From: Squalus acanthias
Lineage: Eukaryota
Length of the DNA: 64,000 nt
Assembly: GCA_030390025.1 (NCBI GenBank)
Contig: CM059432.1
Span: 81,284,001 to 81,348,000 of the forward strand
Direction of reading: 5' to 3'
Of the stretch, positions 36,706 to 49,995 are shown in pieces. Made by a program: the position numbers and the translations under genes. The notes under the pieces were generated by a model. The model made no database searches. It was not told the DNA's origin and worked only from the letters and a program-made list of their open reading frames with translations. Numbering within the stretch: the first letter of the stretch is position 1; each line of letters opens with the position of its first letter.

Positions 36706-38005
36706 TTACACAGTGTTATTTTCCTGCTAGTTTTACTCTGCGGTGACTTACAGGTTTCAAGGACATAACCGTCAACTAGTTAAGTCAGTTTAACCAGTTA
36801 TTACCAGCTAGTTATGACTAGATGAGTTAACTTACCAAAGGCACTATATCAGAATGTAGAAAGTGAGTTAAGAGTCTAATCATAACTAATCAGAGTAATC
36901 TGATTATCTCCAACCACTTTTGAGGAACACAAAGCTAGGTGTAGTCTTCAATACTTAATTTACAATTGTTATTTGGGTGAATATTTTTTAATTATTATTT
37001 GGGAGAATGCTTCATGAATAAAATCTTTTATGCATCAGGAGAGCAACTTAGTATAGCATTAGTAAGTGCAAAATAGTGGTGCATTGACTTTATTGGAAAG
37101 ACCCATGTTGACCTATTAACCACATTTTAAGGTTAACTATGGTTTTGCATCATTGATCTTCTCAGTCTAATGTCAGCCAATTAAAACTGTATCATATTAC
37201 TGCATTATATTGTGACATGTCTGAATAACAGCATCATATTTACCCAAACACACTGAAACAACTGTATCATATGACTGTATGAATGTTCCAGATACAGATT
37301 TGTTCATCTCTCCAATTTAGACTCAAATACTATAAAATAATGCTAATTTGCAACTTCATATTAAGCTTTTAATTCCAATTTATAGTCACAAACCAATGTC
37401 CTACGATGTGTGACAATAAATCATAATATCACTGCATTTCAAATGATGTGGTATAGTAGTACTTTAGTCCAAATCTGTGATTTCATCACAGGAGTCAACT
37501 GCCTGGCACTGTTGTTTGACACTGTCATTTCTGATGCCTCCTACCAAAACTTGCTGAAAATGGAATAAAACTGCCCAAGAATTCCATTTGTGAAAATTTA
37601 ACAGTAGATGGATTGGAGTGTGTTTTAAGAATATGCTCACATCAATGTGCATTTCATTTGACACTCTGGAAAAAAAATTAAAAAACAGAATGAAAGCCAC
37701 AACCAATTGCAATATATGGAGAAACTTCCCCCAAAGCTGAAAATAAAATTATCGGCGCAGGAGTCATCATGTCTGTGGCTGCTGACTGACCTGAGCAATC
37801 ACACATAAAACAGGAAGAAACCCAAACATCTCATTCTTGGTTCTGAGCTGCAGCTTGGTGCTTGCAAGAAGTGACCAGTCTACAACATTCCCTCACTAGA
37901 TTGCAACTAGATTCTGATAGAGCTCACCTGTGTCTATTTAACAGCAACTGGACTTTATGGTCTTAAAGGGACATAGCTTCAGCTTTAGCAACAGAATAAT
38001 ACATT

Positions 38006-38742
38006 GGCCCGGATATTCCGATCCCTACGGGTGTGTACGCGCTGTGTACCCACCCGTAGGGACATCGGAAATGCCAGTTTCAGGCATGCACAGCGCATGC
38101 GCTGAAAACTGGCATTCCCGATCTGTCAGGAATGGTCTTGACAGATTGGACACCTGCCCTGGAGAAGGGCCGCTGCGGGGGGAGAGTTCCGCTTTCTGGA
38201 GACCCTCCGCCCGCAGAAAACCCTTAGAATTCTTACGCCTGGTAAAAGGCCTGCTTTTACCTGGATAAGAGTTGAAAAAAAATTTAAAATATATTTTTTT
38301 TTTTCAGTCATTTATCATTTAAAAATACTTTAAAAAAGGTAAGTTTATTTTTAGCCCCATAAAAAACTTTAATTATTTTTTTCAAAAAATTACATTTTTG
38401 TTTAAAATATTTAATTTATTGTAATTTCAACTAATTTTAAAAAGGTGATGGTTTTTAAAAAAAATTATTTCAAGATTTACTATGTTTTTTCATTGATCTC
38501 CATTCATATATTTGACAGGCCTATCTGTCAAGTGTATGAAGGGAGATTCCCTTCTCCTATTGGCTGGCCTGGCCCACGTGATCCCAGGGACGTTGCGAAC
38601 TGCCTGCGCCTCTGGGATACGTAAGCCCTGCACACTTGAAGTTTGGAGAGGCCCAGGATCGAAAGTGTAGGCACCCCGGGAACCCTCAGGTAAATTCGTA
38701 GATTTTTCCAGATTGGAGGCCTCCGATCGGAAAATACGGCCC
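38006..38742. mobile_element. Harbinger-type MITE (family E, copy 2)
   Basis: TIR GGCCCGGATATTCCGATC / GATCGGAAAATACGGCCC, flanks ATT/ATG; collinear with 15756-16509. Confidence 0.85.
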
Positions 38743-39139
38743 ATGATGTAAATTCCAGCCATTATGTTAGCATGATTTAATGCCCCTGTTGATATAAAAC
38801 AGTGTATTGTTAACCATGAGCAACATCATAAGAAATCTACTAGTATATACGTGAAAATGGTACATATTTGTGCGTTTTGTCAATCACAATTCAGACATCA
38901 CATTTGGCATCATATTTTTCTTCATGCAAATTTTGCATTACATTTCCATCTAATTGGCTCAAATTGCATATTCATAGAACAGCAACAAATCATAACTGAA
39001 CAGATACGCAACCTACAAATCAGCTAGTAGCAAGTTGGAATGAAAACCAATTAAGAATTTCAAAAAAGTACAAATCGAAAATGAATAATCAGAACAGCTA
39101 CCAATAAAAAAAAACCCAGCTGTCCTCAACATCAAGGCA

Positions 39140-39680
39140 GCATTTGACTGAAGTTTGATAGGAACATTATCAAAACTGAGCTCATTGAGGCACAAAGGGA
39201 AACCCCGTCAGTGGCTACAATCATACCTCACACAAAGGAAAGTAGTTGTCGGAGGCCAATCATCGGAGCCCAGGACACCACTGCAGGAGTTCCTCGGAAG
39301 TATCCTTAGCCCAACCATTTTCAGCTGCTTCACCAATGACACTCCCTCCATCGTAAGGTTAGGAGTGAGGCTGTTTCCTGATGATTCTACAGTGTTCATC
39401 TCCATTCACCACTCCTCCAATAATGAAGCAGCCTATAAAAGGACCTGGATAACATTCTGGCTTGGGTTGACAAGTGGCAGATAGCATTCACATCACATAA
39501 GTGGCAGGTAATGATAATCCGATAAAGAGAAAGCCCAGCTATCTCTCTGTAAGCATCAACAACACTATCAATGCTGAGTCCCCGTAGTGGCTCACCCCCT
39601 GACCCCTAATCACCATCTACATGGCTCAAGTCTGAAGTGTACTGGAATACTCACCACACACCTGAATGGGTGAAGGACAA
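39140..39680 (+). mobile_element. Degraded copy of the second CR1-group LINE family
   Basis: WLQSYLTQRKVVVGGQSS...GSILSPTIFSCFTND...LFPDD. Confidence 0.8.
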
Positions 39681-42250
39681 GACATGCAGTAGTGTCATTG
39701 CAGCAAGAACAGCCTTCTCTTAGAGCAAGGCTGTCATTTTAGAAAGTAGTGCAGTCCCTTAAAGGGGAACTGCCTTCTAAAATGAAAAAAATTAAAATAA
39801 TTTAAAAATAGGCAGTTTTTAGCCCTTAGAGCTCAACTGCCTTCTGAAAAAAATTAATGTTAAAAAGAATTCTAAAATGGCAGTCTTCAGCTCTTAAAGC
39901 TGAATTGCCTTCTGCACCTAAACAAAATGGGAAAAGTGCTTCAGCACTAACACAAATGGCTCAGCAAGTGAGGGAAAGACACCCAGGGTCTCACACGCAG
40001 CACTCCAGCTTTGTGCAGGGGGTCAACACTGCAAAAGAGGTCCACTACCAACAGTGGCCAGGAGGTCATCCAGAAAAAAATAATGTGGGACCAGATCACT
40101 GAGGCCGTCACTGCCAGCAGTGTTGCCCCCACCACCTGGCTCCAGTGCCCAAAGAAGCTTTATGACCCATCTACTACCAACTGCACCACTAGTCTCACAC
40201 ATTGCTCAATGCACGACCCCGCTGCCACCACCCCCCAGCCCCCCGCCCAAATCACTCACCTACCAAAAATCTGTACCAAGCATGTGGCACACCCTCAATT
40301 CCTAGCCTCACCTCACCCCCTTGGAGGAGACAGTGCTTGGCATTCTTGGCAGGGGCATGGCTGAGCCCTTGGCCAGCGGCGCAGCTGAAAGGATACAAGA
40401 TGCTGGTCTCCTCATACATTATCCTCCTTCCCGCATGCACCTCTTGCTTTCCCGTCCACCCCTCACCACAACTCCACCGTTGTGCCTTCCTCATTGCACA
40501 CACCCAAGAAATGCAGCCTGCTCAGCCAGTGGTTGACCAAGAAGAGGGAGAGGAGAGTGAAAAAGAAGAAGAAACACCGTCACTCGATTTCACACTCCCA
40601 GCCACCAGCTCCTCAAGGTCGACCAGCAAGGCCATTTGCAGTGTCCCCCCACTGAAAGACAGCAGCCTTCCACCAGCCATGCTGCAACCACTGGGGTAGC
40701 ACTGTGTGACATCACCAGGATAAGCAAAGGCACACACAAGACGTCACTAAGGGAATGCACAAGGGTGATGAGTTCATTTCTTGATGACATATTGGATGGA
40801 TAGATGTATAAAGTAGGATTGGAAAGTTTGCTTTGTGGTGGCTTTTATTTCAGCATTGTGGCCAAGAGGATGCTGTGATGGTCAATAACAGAGGGAAGGT
40901 AAGGTGTGGAACAAATGTTGAAAGGGAATTGGGGTTGTGGTCACTGGTACCACAGGCGGATGATTCCACCCTGGATATCCTGATCAGAAAGGGGCTGTCC
41001 TTCTGTTTCCTCCTCTTCTGCTTCTTCCTCTTCCTCTTGCGAGCAGATGCTAGACATTGAGAAACAAAAACTCCACGGGAAAAGTGATCCAACCGTGGCT
41101 AACTAAAGAAGTTAAGGATAGCATTAGATTGAAAGAAGAAGCTTATAATGTTGCAAAGAATAATAGTAAGCCTGAGGATTGGGAGAGTTTCAGAAACCAG
41201 CAAAGGTTGACCAAAAAATTGATAAAAAGGGAAAAAAATAGAATATGAGAGAAAACTAGCAAGAAATATAAAAGCAGATTGTAAGAGCTTCTACAAGTGT
41301 GTAAAAAGGAAGAGAGTAGCAAAAGTAAACGTTGGTCCCTCAGAGGCTGAGACAGGAGAAATTATTATGGGGAATAAGGAAATGGCTGAAACGTTAAACA
41401 AATATTTTGTATCTGCCTTCACAGTAGAAGACACAAAAAGCATACCAAAAATGGTGGGGAGCCAAGGGTCTAATGAGGGTGAGGAACTTAACGTAATTAA
41501 TATAAGTAGAGAAAAGGTACTAGAGAAACTAATGGGACTAAAAGCTGACAAATCCCCTGGACCTGACGGCCTACATCCTATGGTTCTAAAAGAGGTGGCT
41601 GAAGAGATAGTGGATGCATTGGTTTTGATCTTCCAATATTCCCTAGATTCTAGAATGGTCCCACCGGATTGGAAGGTCGCAAATGTAACACCGCTATTCA
41701 AGAAAGGAGGGAGAGAAAAAACAGGGAACTACAGGCCAGTTAGCCTGACATCAGTCATCGGGAAAATGCTGGAATCCATTGTTAAGGAAGTGGTATCAGG
41801 GCACTTAGAAAATCATAACAGGATTAGGCAGTGTCAGCATGGTTTTATGAAAGGGAAATCGTGTTTGACAAATTTATTAGAGTTTGTTGAGGATGTAACT
41901 GGCAAGGTAGATAAAGGGGAACCAGTGGATGTAGTATATTTGGATTTCCAAAAGGCATTCGATAAGGTGCCACATAAAAGGTTATTACACAAGATTAGGG
42001 CTCACGGGGTTGGGGTAATATAGTAGCATGGATAGAGGATTGGTTAACGGACAGAAAACAGAGTAGGGATAAACGGATCTTTTTCAGGTTGGCAGGCTGT
42101 AACTAGTGGGGTGCCGCAAGGATCAGTGTTGGGGCCTCAACTATTTACAATCTATATTAATGACCTAGATGAAGGGACCGAGTGTAATGTATCCAAGTTT
42201 GCTGATGATACAAAGCTAGGTAGGACAGTAAGCTGTGAGGAGAACACAAA

Positions 42251-43794
42251 GGGCTGGATTTTACAAGCCCTGAGGAGGCGGGTTTGGAGGCAGGACTGCT
42301 GGGAAAATGGGAAAAATTGGGATTAGAACCAATTAACTGCCTGTTAACAGGTAGTTAAAAGGCAGTTAAAGAGGTTTTTCCCCATTTTCAGCCTGCTGAT
42401 GCGGCCTTCCCGATGGCAGGAAACCCCGCCAGGGTCAGCGAGGTGAGCTGTGGGTCTGCTGCAGTGTAAGTGTGCAAATGACAGCTGCAGAGGTAGTGTG
42501 ATGGGTGCAATGGTGCACAGGTAAGTATGACAGGTGAAAGAATGTAGTGAGAAATATCTTTATTCTGTTTATATGTATCTACAGGTGACAAGATTTGGGG
42601 CTAAAAATTGAGTCGCGACCCATTTGGGGCGCTAACCTCGCCGGGGCGCTACTTTTAGCGCCCCGAAAAAATTAGCGGCCCCGCGCCGGAACTTCAGTGG
42701 TTGCGCCCCAAGAGGGAAGCGGGGCGCCACTGGAAGCACCCCGCATCCCTCTTGGGGCGCTGCGAGGGAATATCCTGGCGCTACGTGCCGCAGCGCCAGG
42801 CGCTGTGGCACGTCGCGCCGCGGTATTGCAGGCCTTCCTCCCCTTCTTAAAGGGGAGGGACCCTGCGCAGCGCGAACCGGGGCCCAGCTGGACCCCCAGG
42901 GATCGGGAGTGCCGGCAAAAGAGCCCGGCACTCAAGAGAAGTGCCGGGCTCTTGGAGCGCAGCTGGCACTTCACGGTGGGGGGGCTTCACGGGGGCCGGG
43001 GACAGCAACGGGGGCAGGTGCTGGCAGGTGGCCAGCAACAAAAATGGCCGCCTGCCACCTCCCCTTTAAATATCGCCGCCCCGGCCGCACGTACGCCTCC
43101 CTGAACCCGTCGGACATAGCGTCTGGCGGTAAATCAGGGGGCGCGACTGAAGATCGCGGCTGGAGCGCGAGCGGGGTGCTGCGCACGGCGATGACGTCAT
43201 CGCCGGCGGCGCAGCGCCACAGGGCGCTACCGGCTGGCGCCGCCGCTAACCTCCCGCTGAATTTTACGGGAGGCGTGGGCGGCGCTGCGCCCGGGCGTTA
43301 GCTGCTTTACGCCCCATTAGCGCCCTCTTAAGGCGCTAACGGGAGGCGCAAGCAGCTGAATTTTTCCCCCTTGATGTTTCTGTGACGCTTCATCTGATTG
43401 GGAGAATTGACAGATGGCTTCTGCAATCTCACATGCAGCTGCCATCTGTTTTCTCCTAAGGAGAGAGTCATTGGTGAGCCTGGGTGCAAGGGCTCACCTT
43501 TGGACAGTGATTGTCAGTGTTTGACAGCACCTCAATGCTGTCAAACACTGTCAAATCATCTGTCAAAAAATTATGGGGCCTGTCACTTTAACAAAACCGG
43601 CAGATGAAGCGTCATGCACGGATGTCAGCTGACACCGGCTTTTCCTTAATTGGCCGGCAAGCCCGCAGGGCCGGCTTAACAAGATCAATCAGGGGAAAAT
43701 AGCGTCAGGTCATCAGACGTCGCTGGGTGCGGGACTAGAACCCGGAAACCAGCAGTCCCGCCACCAATGCGCCTCCTCAGGTAAGATCCAGCCC
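42251..43794. mobile_element. Harbinger-type element (family B, copy 2) containing a family C MITE
   Basis: TIR GGGCTGGATTTTAC / GTAAGATCCAGCCC, TSD AAA (42248-42250/43795-43797); removing it restores CR1 ...ACACAAAGAGTCTGCAAAGG. Confidence 0.9.
42598..43370. mobile_element. GC-rich MITE (family C, copy 2)
   Basis: TIR GGGCTAAAAATT / AATTTTTCCCCC, TSD TTG (42595-42597/43371-43373); inverted homolog of 5327-6068. Confidence 0.88.
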
Positions 43795-46509
43795 AAAGAG
43801 TCTGCAAAGGCATATAGATAGACTAAGTGAGTGGGCAGTAAGGTGGCAGATGGAGTATAGTGTAGGGAAATGTGAGGTTATTCACTTTGGTAGGAAGAAT
43901 AGAAACACAGAATATTTTTTAAATGGTGAGAAACTTTCAAATGTTCAGAGAGATTTTTGTGTCCTCGTGCAAGAAACACAGAAAGCTAGCATGCAGGTAC
44001 AGCAAGCAATAAGGAAGGCAAATGGCATGTTGGCCTTTATTGCAAGGGGGTTGGGGTATAAGAGTAAGGAAGTCTTGCTACAATTGTACAGGGCCTTGGT
44101 GAGACCACACCTGGAGTACTGTGCACAGTTTTGGTCTCCTTATCTAAGGAAGGATATACTTGCCTTGGAGGCGGTGCAACAAAGGTTCACTAGATTGATT
44201 CCTGGGATGAGAGGGCTGTCCTATGATGAGAGATTGTGTAGAATGGGCCGATACTCTCTGGAGTTTAGAAGAATGAGAGGTGATCTTATTGAAACATAAA
44301 AGATTCTGAAGGGGATTGACAGGGTAGATGCTGAGAGGTTGTTTCCCCTGGCTGGAGTGTCTAGAACTAGGGGGCATAGCCTCAGGATAAGGGGTAAGCC
44401 ATTTAAGACTGAGATGAGGAGGAATTTCTTCACTCAGAGGGTTGTGAATCTTTGGAATTCTCTGCCCCAGAGGGCTGTGAATGCTGAGTCTTTGAAGGCT
44501 GAGATGATAGATTTTTGGACTCTAGGGGAATCAAGGGATATGGAGATCGGGCGGGAAAGTGGAGTTGAGGTCGATGATCAGCCATGATCTTATTGAATGG
44601 CGGAGCAGGCTCAAGGAGCCATATGGCCTACTCCTGCTCTTATTTCTTATGTTCTTATCTGAAATAAAATCACAATATGCTGGAAATACTCAGCAGGTCA
44701 GGCAGCATCGTGAACAGACGTGAACTCTGTTTCTCTCTCCACGGATGCTGCCTGATGTGCTGAGTATTTCCAGCATGTTCTGTCTTCTCAGAGGCCTTCC
44801 TTTACCATCCAAGGCCTTGCAAGCATACAGCAGCACTCCCTGCACAATTTAAAAACTTTTATCATCTATTGCACCAAGCCACTACTTCAATAAAATATAA
44901 AAATCCAGTCCAAAATCTTAAATACAAACTTACCTGAAAGATATGTGTGTGTGTGTCCCTTTAAGAAGTGCTGACAGCATCTCTGTCAGTCTGCTGCATG
45001 CTTGCTTTTCAGAGCGAGCTTAGGACCCAGCGCTAAACTCAGCACAAAGGTCCAAGTTCACAGAGTGTGGCGTTAAGTCAGCGTTGCACGTCGACTGTCG
45101 TCACGCTCTCCTGATTTGCATGTCCAGGTCCAGCACTGCTATCGGCTCTCACCAAAATTGCGGCAGCCTAGTCCCGCATTCGAGGCAGGCGTTAGAGCGT
45201 CGGCTGCCTTTTTTCTCAGGATTCCAGCACTAACAGGTAGCGGTAAGTAGCCCAATTTCTGGGCCAAAAAGTTTACAAGAAGATTAAAATTGCACTTACA
45301 ATATCATTTTTTAGACAACTCCAGCTATCAACCTTTTCTGAGGTAACGTTGAAAATAAAAAGATGCATATATGCTACCTGACCTCCCTTAAATATAGTCA
45401 AGAGCTGAATACAGATACAGCTAAAGAGAAAGCTGGGAAATGGAAAAGTAATTGAGCAGGAATTTATCTATAATATATTAAAAATCCTGTGTATGCACAC
45501 TTTTCCAATGCACAAACTTCCGCTTCCTGTGGTCCTGATTTTTGGTCTCACTTTTTGTTTCAACATTTAACATTGCAGTTGCCTACGAAATTAGTTGTAA
45601 TGGCAATTCCCTATGTGAACAGCATCTAGTTGCAGGTTGCAGCCAAATGGTGGTGTTGTGAAGGGGTCTTTGACATTTCTCTCCCTACTCCATCAGCCCA
45701 TCAGCATCTTGTATGAATACATAAAACTTATTTGTATCAACTGACCGTGGTCAACATCATAGTCAGTTTGCGAAGATGTATGAGCAGGCCTTTGTATTTT
45801 GTCATGTATTCTAAATGGGTACAGCTGTCTTAGTTTTATTTGTTTATACTCCGAACTCAAAAACAACCAATGCTGAACCAGTTCTGAAAGGACTGTACCA
45901 TTATTTAGGTCTGGAGGGAAGTTCTGAATAAAAGTCATGATTTAAACTGATGTAGGCCTCGACGTTATTCCCTCCACCACCCTGCTCTTCAATGGGAATG
46001 GGGCACTAATGAGACCAAAATTGCAAGAATTGACTTCCCACTCAAGACTCACCTGCTGCAATCTTTGAGGGGGTCTCAATTTAGGCAGCCAGTGCTCTTA
46101 CCTGAAACAACCTCATTATGTCATGTAAAACTTAGTCTTATGATGTAGATAGGGCCCAATGTTATTTTAGTAAAGGACAGCATGGAACCCACTGAGTGCT
46201 GGACCCTACCCCCATTTTACAATCCTGGAAAAGGCCAGAAGCAGCTTCCCTAGTTTGCCAAGAAGAAAAAAGCACTTTCTCTGGCATTTTACGGGCTTCA
46301 GGATGAGCGTAATTGCCCTCCATGCTCGTCACTGACAGCACTCCGCACCTTAAATAATTCTCTCTATTGTCCCCACCCCCAATCGGCCCAGCCCTACCCT
46401 TTAATACGATAAATAAATAAATTTTCCACAATAAATATGTGGGCGCAGCTCTTTTACTGTTTAGGGTTTGGGTTTTTATAGTGAATGCCAAGAAATACAT
46501 AAGAAGAAA

Positions 46510-46857
46510 AGATTAAATTAATTAGCAACTTCTCTTCCTTACCAAATATCTCTAACAGGACTTAGTATAACCAAAATGTCCATGGCTGGCTTGCTAGTTT
46601 TCCCAGCCCCCAAAATGACTAGCTGTCTATCAACACTCAAATCACACAGGCAGCTTGCCAGTTAAATTGGAATGAGGCACAACCATCAAAATGGCTGAAA
46701 ACATTGGGCAGCCTTTGCAGTCACTCTGCCAACCTCTCACCTCATATACACTAAAATCTAAAATCGGGGCCATACATTTAAATAGGACATTTTGGTTTTA
46801 CTAAGTCCTGTTAGAGATGTTTGGGAAGGATGAAAATGCGCTAATTAATTTAATCTC
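46510..46857. repeat. Foldback with about 70-bp AT-rich inverted arms
   Basis: AGATTAAATTAATTAGC...TCTCTAACAGGACTTAGTATAACCAAAATGTCC (46510-46581) is mirrored at 46785-46857. Confidence 0.8.
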
Positions 46858-47416
46858 TTGCAGTGTTTTGTTTTCAGTTTCAACTGCAGTTTCCAATTCA
46901 CAAGTGAGTCAGATCTATACAATCCATTCACCATTTGTGCTCACAAGTCATTCAACCAACATAAACTGCCCAATCCCACTTGTATAACAAATCAAATTTA
47001 ATATTTGCTGATTATATTTCAGTACCTATGCAGTTTATTAAAGATAATTAAATTCCATTGCATTGTTTAATGTAAGACATTCGAATGATCTTCAGCAATA
47101 AGGTTAGAAATGCACATCATATTAATCAATACCTGAAAAAAATATATATGTTAATGTTTTGGGTGGTATCCTTTATCAGTATCCAAAGAACTACCTTCAC
47201 GTTTTAGGAGCAATTATCCAACTTTGCAATTCCAGCAAGGAGCCTTGCACATCGGAAATGCGGGGAGAAACTGTGCACTAATTCCTTGCCATTGTATTAA
47301 ATAGTGTGCAGTGTGCACCCAAATGTCTGATATGTGTTGCCAGAGGGTGAGGCTTCTGGCGAGAGCACAGTTAAAAAATTCTCGCACGTTTCTGTTCTCA
47401 TCATTTTTAATGTTAG

Positions 47417-47517
47417 TTTTTTTTTTATATTCGTTCCTGGGATGTGGGCGTCGCTGGCAAGGCCAGCTATTATTGCCCATCCCTAATTGCCCTTGAGAAG
47501 GTGGTGGTGAGCTGCCT
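47417..47517 (-). mobile_element. 3' tail of the second CR1-group LINE family
   Basis: GGGATGTGGGCGTCGCTGGCAAGGCCAGC...GAGAAGGTGGTGGTGAGC, as at 18408-18482. Confidence 0.8.
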
Positions 47518-49119
47518 GATTTAAATATTGGAAGGTTTCAATGGAATTCTGATTTTTGCAGTGAGGTGAAAGGATTGTTTATAAAATGCCACATTCCCAC
47601 AAAAAATTTAAAGAAATTAAATACATGATTTTTTAAACAGTCGGACAGTGGGTTGGTAAGAAAATGCATTAAAATGCAACAGTAGTGGTGATTTCTGTTG
47701 AATATCACAAAGTCATCTCACGTCAGCCATAGTTTGAAACGTGATACTCACTTTTTATTCCATATTTATTTAATTAACTGAATTTAAATTCCCCAGCTGT
47801 CATGCTGGGATTTGAACTCACGTCTTTAATTTCTTACTGGTCTGTTACAAAGCCTCCCTATCCAACTCACTCCTCTCCCAACCTTTCAACCTATGTACCT
47901 AAACTTGCTGCTTGCTATCCCTGTCTTCAGTCTTCGTCATCTCCAGCTCTTCTAATAGACAGTGTCCCCAGTATCACTGCTTAAAAATAAAAATAAATAA
48001 GTTACAATAATTCAATTAGATAGGATTAGTTTAAAGTCGCTTCATTTGATAGTTAATAGAAACATATGGAATGGCGGTGTCGATACAATAAAGTCAGAGG
48101 TTGCTGATTACTAAATGTAAGAGAGATCTTTCTATTCAACTGTCAGCTAATGTCTGCCAGGATTAAATTTTGAGCTCATTTTTAAATCATAAATACCTCT
48201 CTCCTCCGGTCACTAATGGCCATGTAAAACTCACTTGTTCTACAAATTTCAAAAACATTCTCAACATTGTATTCAGGACTTCCTCTGGTACACCCATCAG
48301 AATCTATTGTGAACGATTTTTTGTTCCTCAGTTTCTGTGCAAGTTTTTTTACTCTTATCTCTGTCAGTGATCCTTGGTTGACTGGTTATTATTCTTCCTG
48401 CTTCATACAGTAGCAAGCAGATTTGAATTTTGATTTAATATGCTATTTAGTTTTCTCAGTTCATGCTCTGTTGAATACTGATGCCAGAGCCTGATAATCA
48501 GTGCTGGAGATACAGGTCATTTGTAAGCAGCCAGCCACATTCCCAGCACTTCATTAATCAGACACTTGAAAAACATTTGCACTATCTTCAGCGTAAAACT
48601 TTCGATTTTATTTAGAGGCACTATCTTATTTTCAAAGAACAGGAATTAAAGACTAACCCATTTCATATTTGGTTTTACAGTTTGATTTTATTCAGGAAAC
48701 TCCTTGTTTTGCGCACTTAGACTGAGCTTACGTCTTTCAAAGCTGTGATTAATAAAATAGCTCTGTAATTAAAATGTGTTTTGGTACAAAATGCTTCCTT
48801 CCTCTATAGACTGGTAGGTTTCTAAGTAAAATGGATGAGCAATATTACACAGCGATTTGAATATTGAACTCAGCACATCAAAAGGGTTTATGGCAAAATG
48901 TTTGCCCATAATAGGCAGCAGGCATCTGTTTTGACACCACAAGTATTTGAGTAATACACTGCCAATCTCACTGAACTCTGCAGTTTATTTCTATTGGGAT
49001 TATTCTTTACATATAAGAAAGACAAACTGTCTAACCAGATAAATAGAAAATAGGGAAAAGAGTTTATAATCTGCAGCGTGAATTATTCTTTAACATCTGC
49101 TAACACAGCTTCTCTGTTA

Positions 49120-49483
49120 CAGGAAACTCTCTTTTAACCGGCACCCAAATAACCGGAAATCTCTCTTAACCGGCAAAATTCTTGAGTAGGTAACCGGGGT
49201 TTTCCTTCATCTCTCCTTTAAAAATAACTTTTAAAAAAACCCCGAGGCATTTGCCTTATATCGGAGCATGTAGATTGGGAGGGGAATGTGCAGCCCGGGT
49301 AGGCAGCGGACACGACAGATGGTCAGCTGGCGGTCCCCGGGGAGACGGAGCTCCGAATGCAGGCGCATGTCAGTGTGTACGGGGCTCTCGTATGTTGGGA
49401 GATATAACTCTCCGTTATCCGGACTTTTTGATTAACCGGCACCACGCCGGTCCCGTCGGTGCCGGTTAATAAAGAGTTTCCTG
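49120..49483. mobile_element. Tc1/mariner-pogo (Tigger-like) MITE
   Basis: TA|CAGGAAACTCTCTTTTAACCGGCACC ... GGTGCCGGTTAATAAAGAGTTTCCTG|TA; subterminal TAACCGG repeats. Confidence 0.88.
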
Positions 49484-49786
49484 TACTTCTTTTGCAAGTT
49501 TTTAAATATTTTTTTCAGCAGAAGTAAATTAAAGCTATGGTTCAAACATTTTTTGCCAATGTACAGTACATGGAAAAACTGTAAAATATAAAGCAAACAT
49601 TGATATTCACATGACATACTTAATTGAAAGCTCAACATTTCTGTTCAAGAGTAGTCTGCGTTAATTAAATCATGATTTGCTGTATGGTTAATGCATTTAT
49701 AGTTTTCAAAAATACGCAGGCTATTTTGATGAAAGAGCTCTGAGAGAGTCCGGCTGCTATTAATGGCCGGACGTCATTTACATCCT

Positions 49787-49995
49787 CAGCAGGCCAGGCA
49801 GCATCCGTGAAGAGAGAAACAGAGTTAACGTTTCAGGTCGAAGACCTTTTGTCAAGGTTTTCGACCTTTCGTCAAGGTCTTCGACCTGAAACGTTAACTC
49901 TGTTTCTCTCTCCACGGATACTGCCTGGCCTGCTGAGTTTTTCCAGCGTTTTCTGTTGTTATTTCGGATTTCCAGCATCCGCAGTATTTTGCTAT
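49787..49995. mobile_element. Penelope-like hairpin insertion (family P1)
   Basis: About 60-bp inverted arms; 15-bp direct repeat CGTCATTTACATCCT (49772-49786/49996-50010); hammerhead remnant AGGTCTTCGACCT-GAAA-CG-TT. Confidence 0.8.

Larger units (their letters stand above)
41055..44657 (+). mobile_element. CR1 LINE, 5'-truncated, interrupted by a MITE
   Basis: ORFs 41367-42023, 42111-42250 (PQGSVLGP...KFADDTKL), 43850-44299 and 44339-44587; tail TTCTTATGTTCTTA. Confidence 0.94.
39770..45265. mobile_element. Harbinger family D copy 2 (inverted relative to copy 1), split by a CR1 insertion
   Basis: 39770-41054 and 44658-45265 rejoin (GCAGATGCT..TCTGAAATAAAA) to give the reverse complement of about 28083-29990; TIR CCCAATTTCTGGGCC at 45251-45265. 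Confidence 0.85.

Noticed and set aside
36754..36793. Candidate next C8orf34 exon (acag|G TTT CAA GGA CAT AAC, 'RFQGHN' versus recalled human 'RLQGDN')
   Set aside because: Similarity ends after six residues, a stop follows, and there is no convincing donor; likely chance.
45693..45938. Short ORFs in unique AT-rich DNA (also 59649-59879, 11179-11514, 7341-7562)
   Set aside because: No recognisable homology or convincing splice-site pairing.
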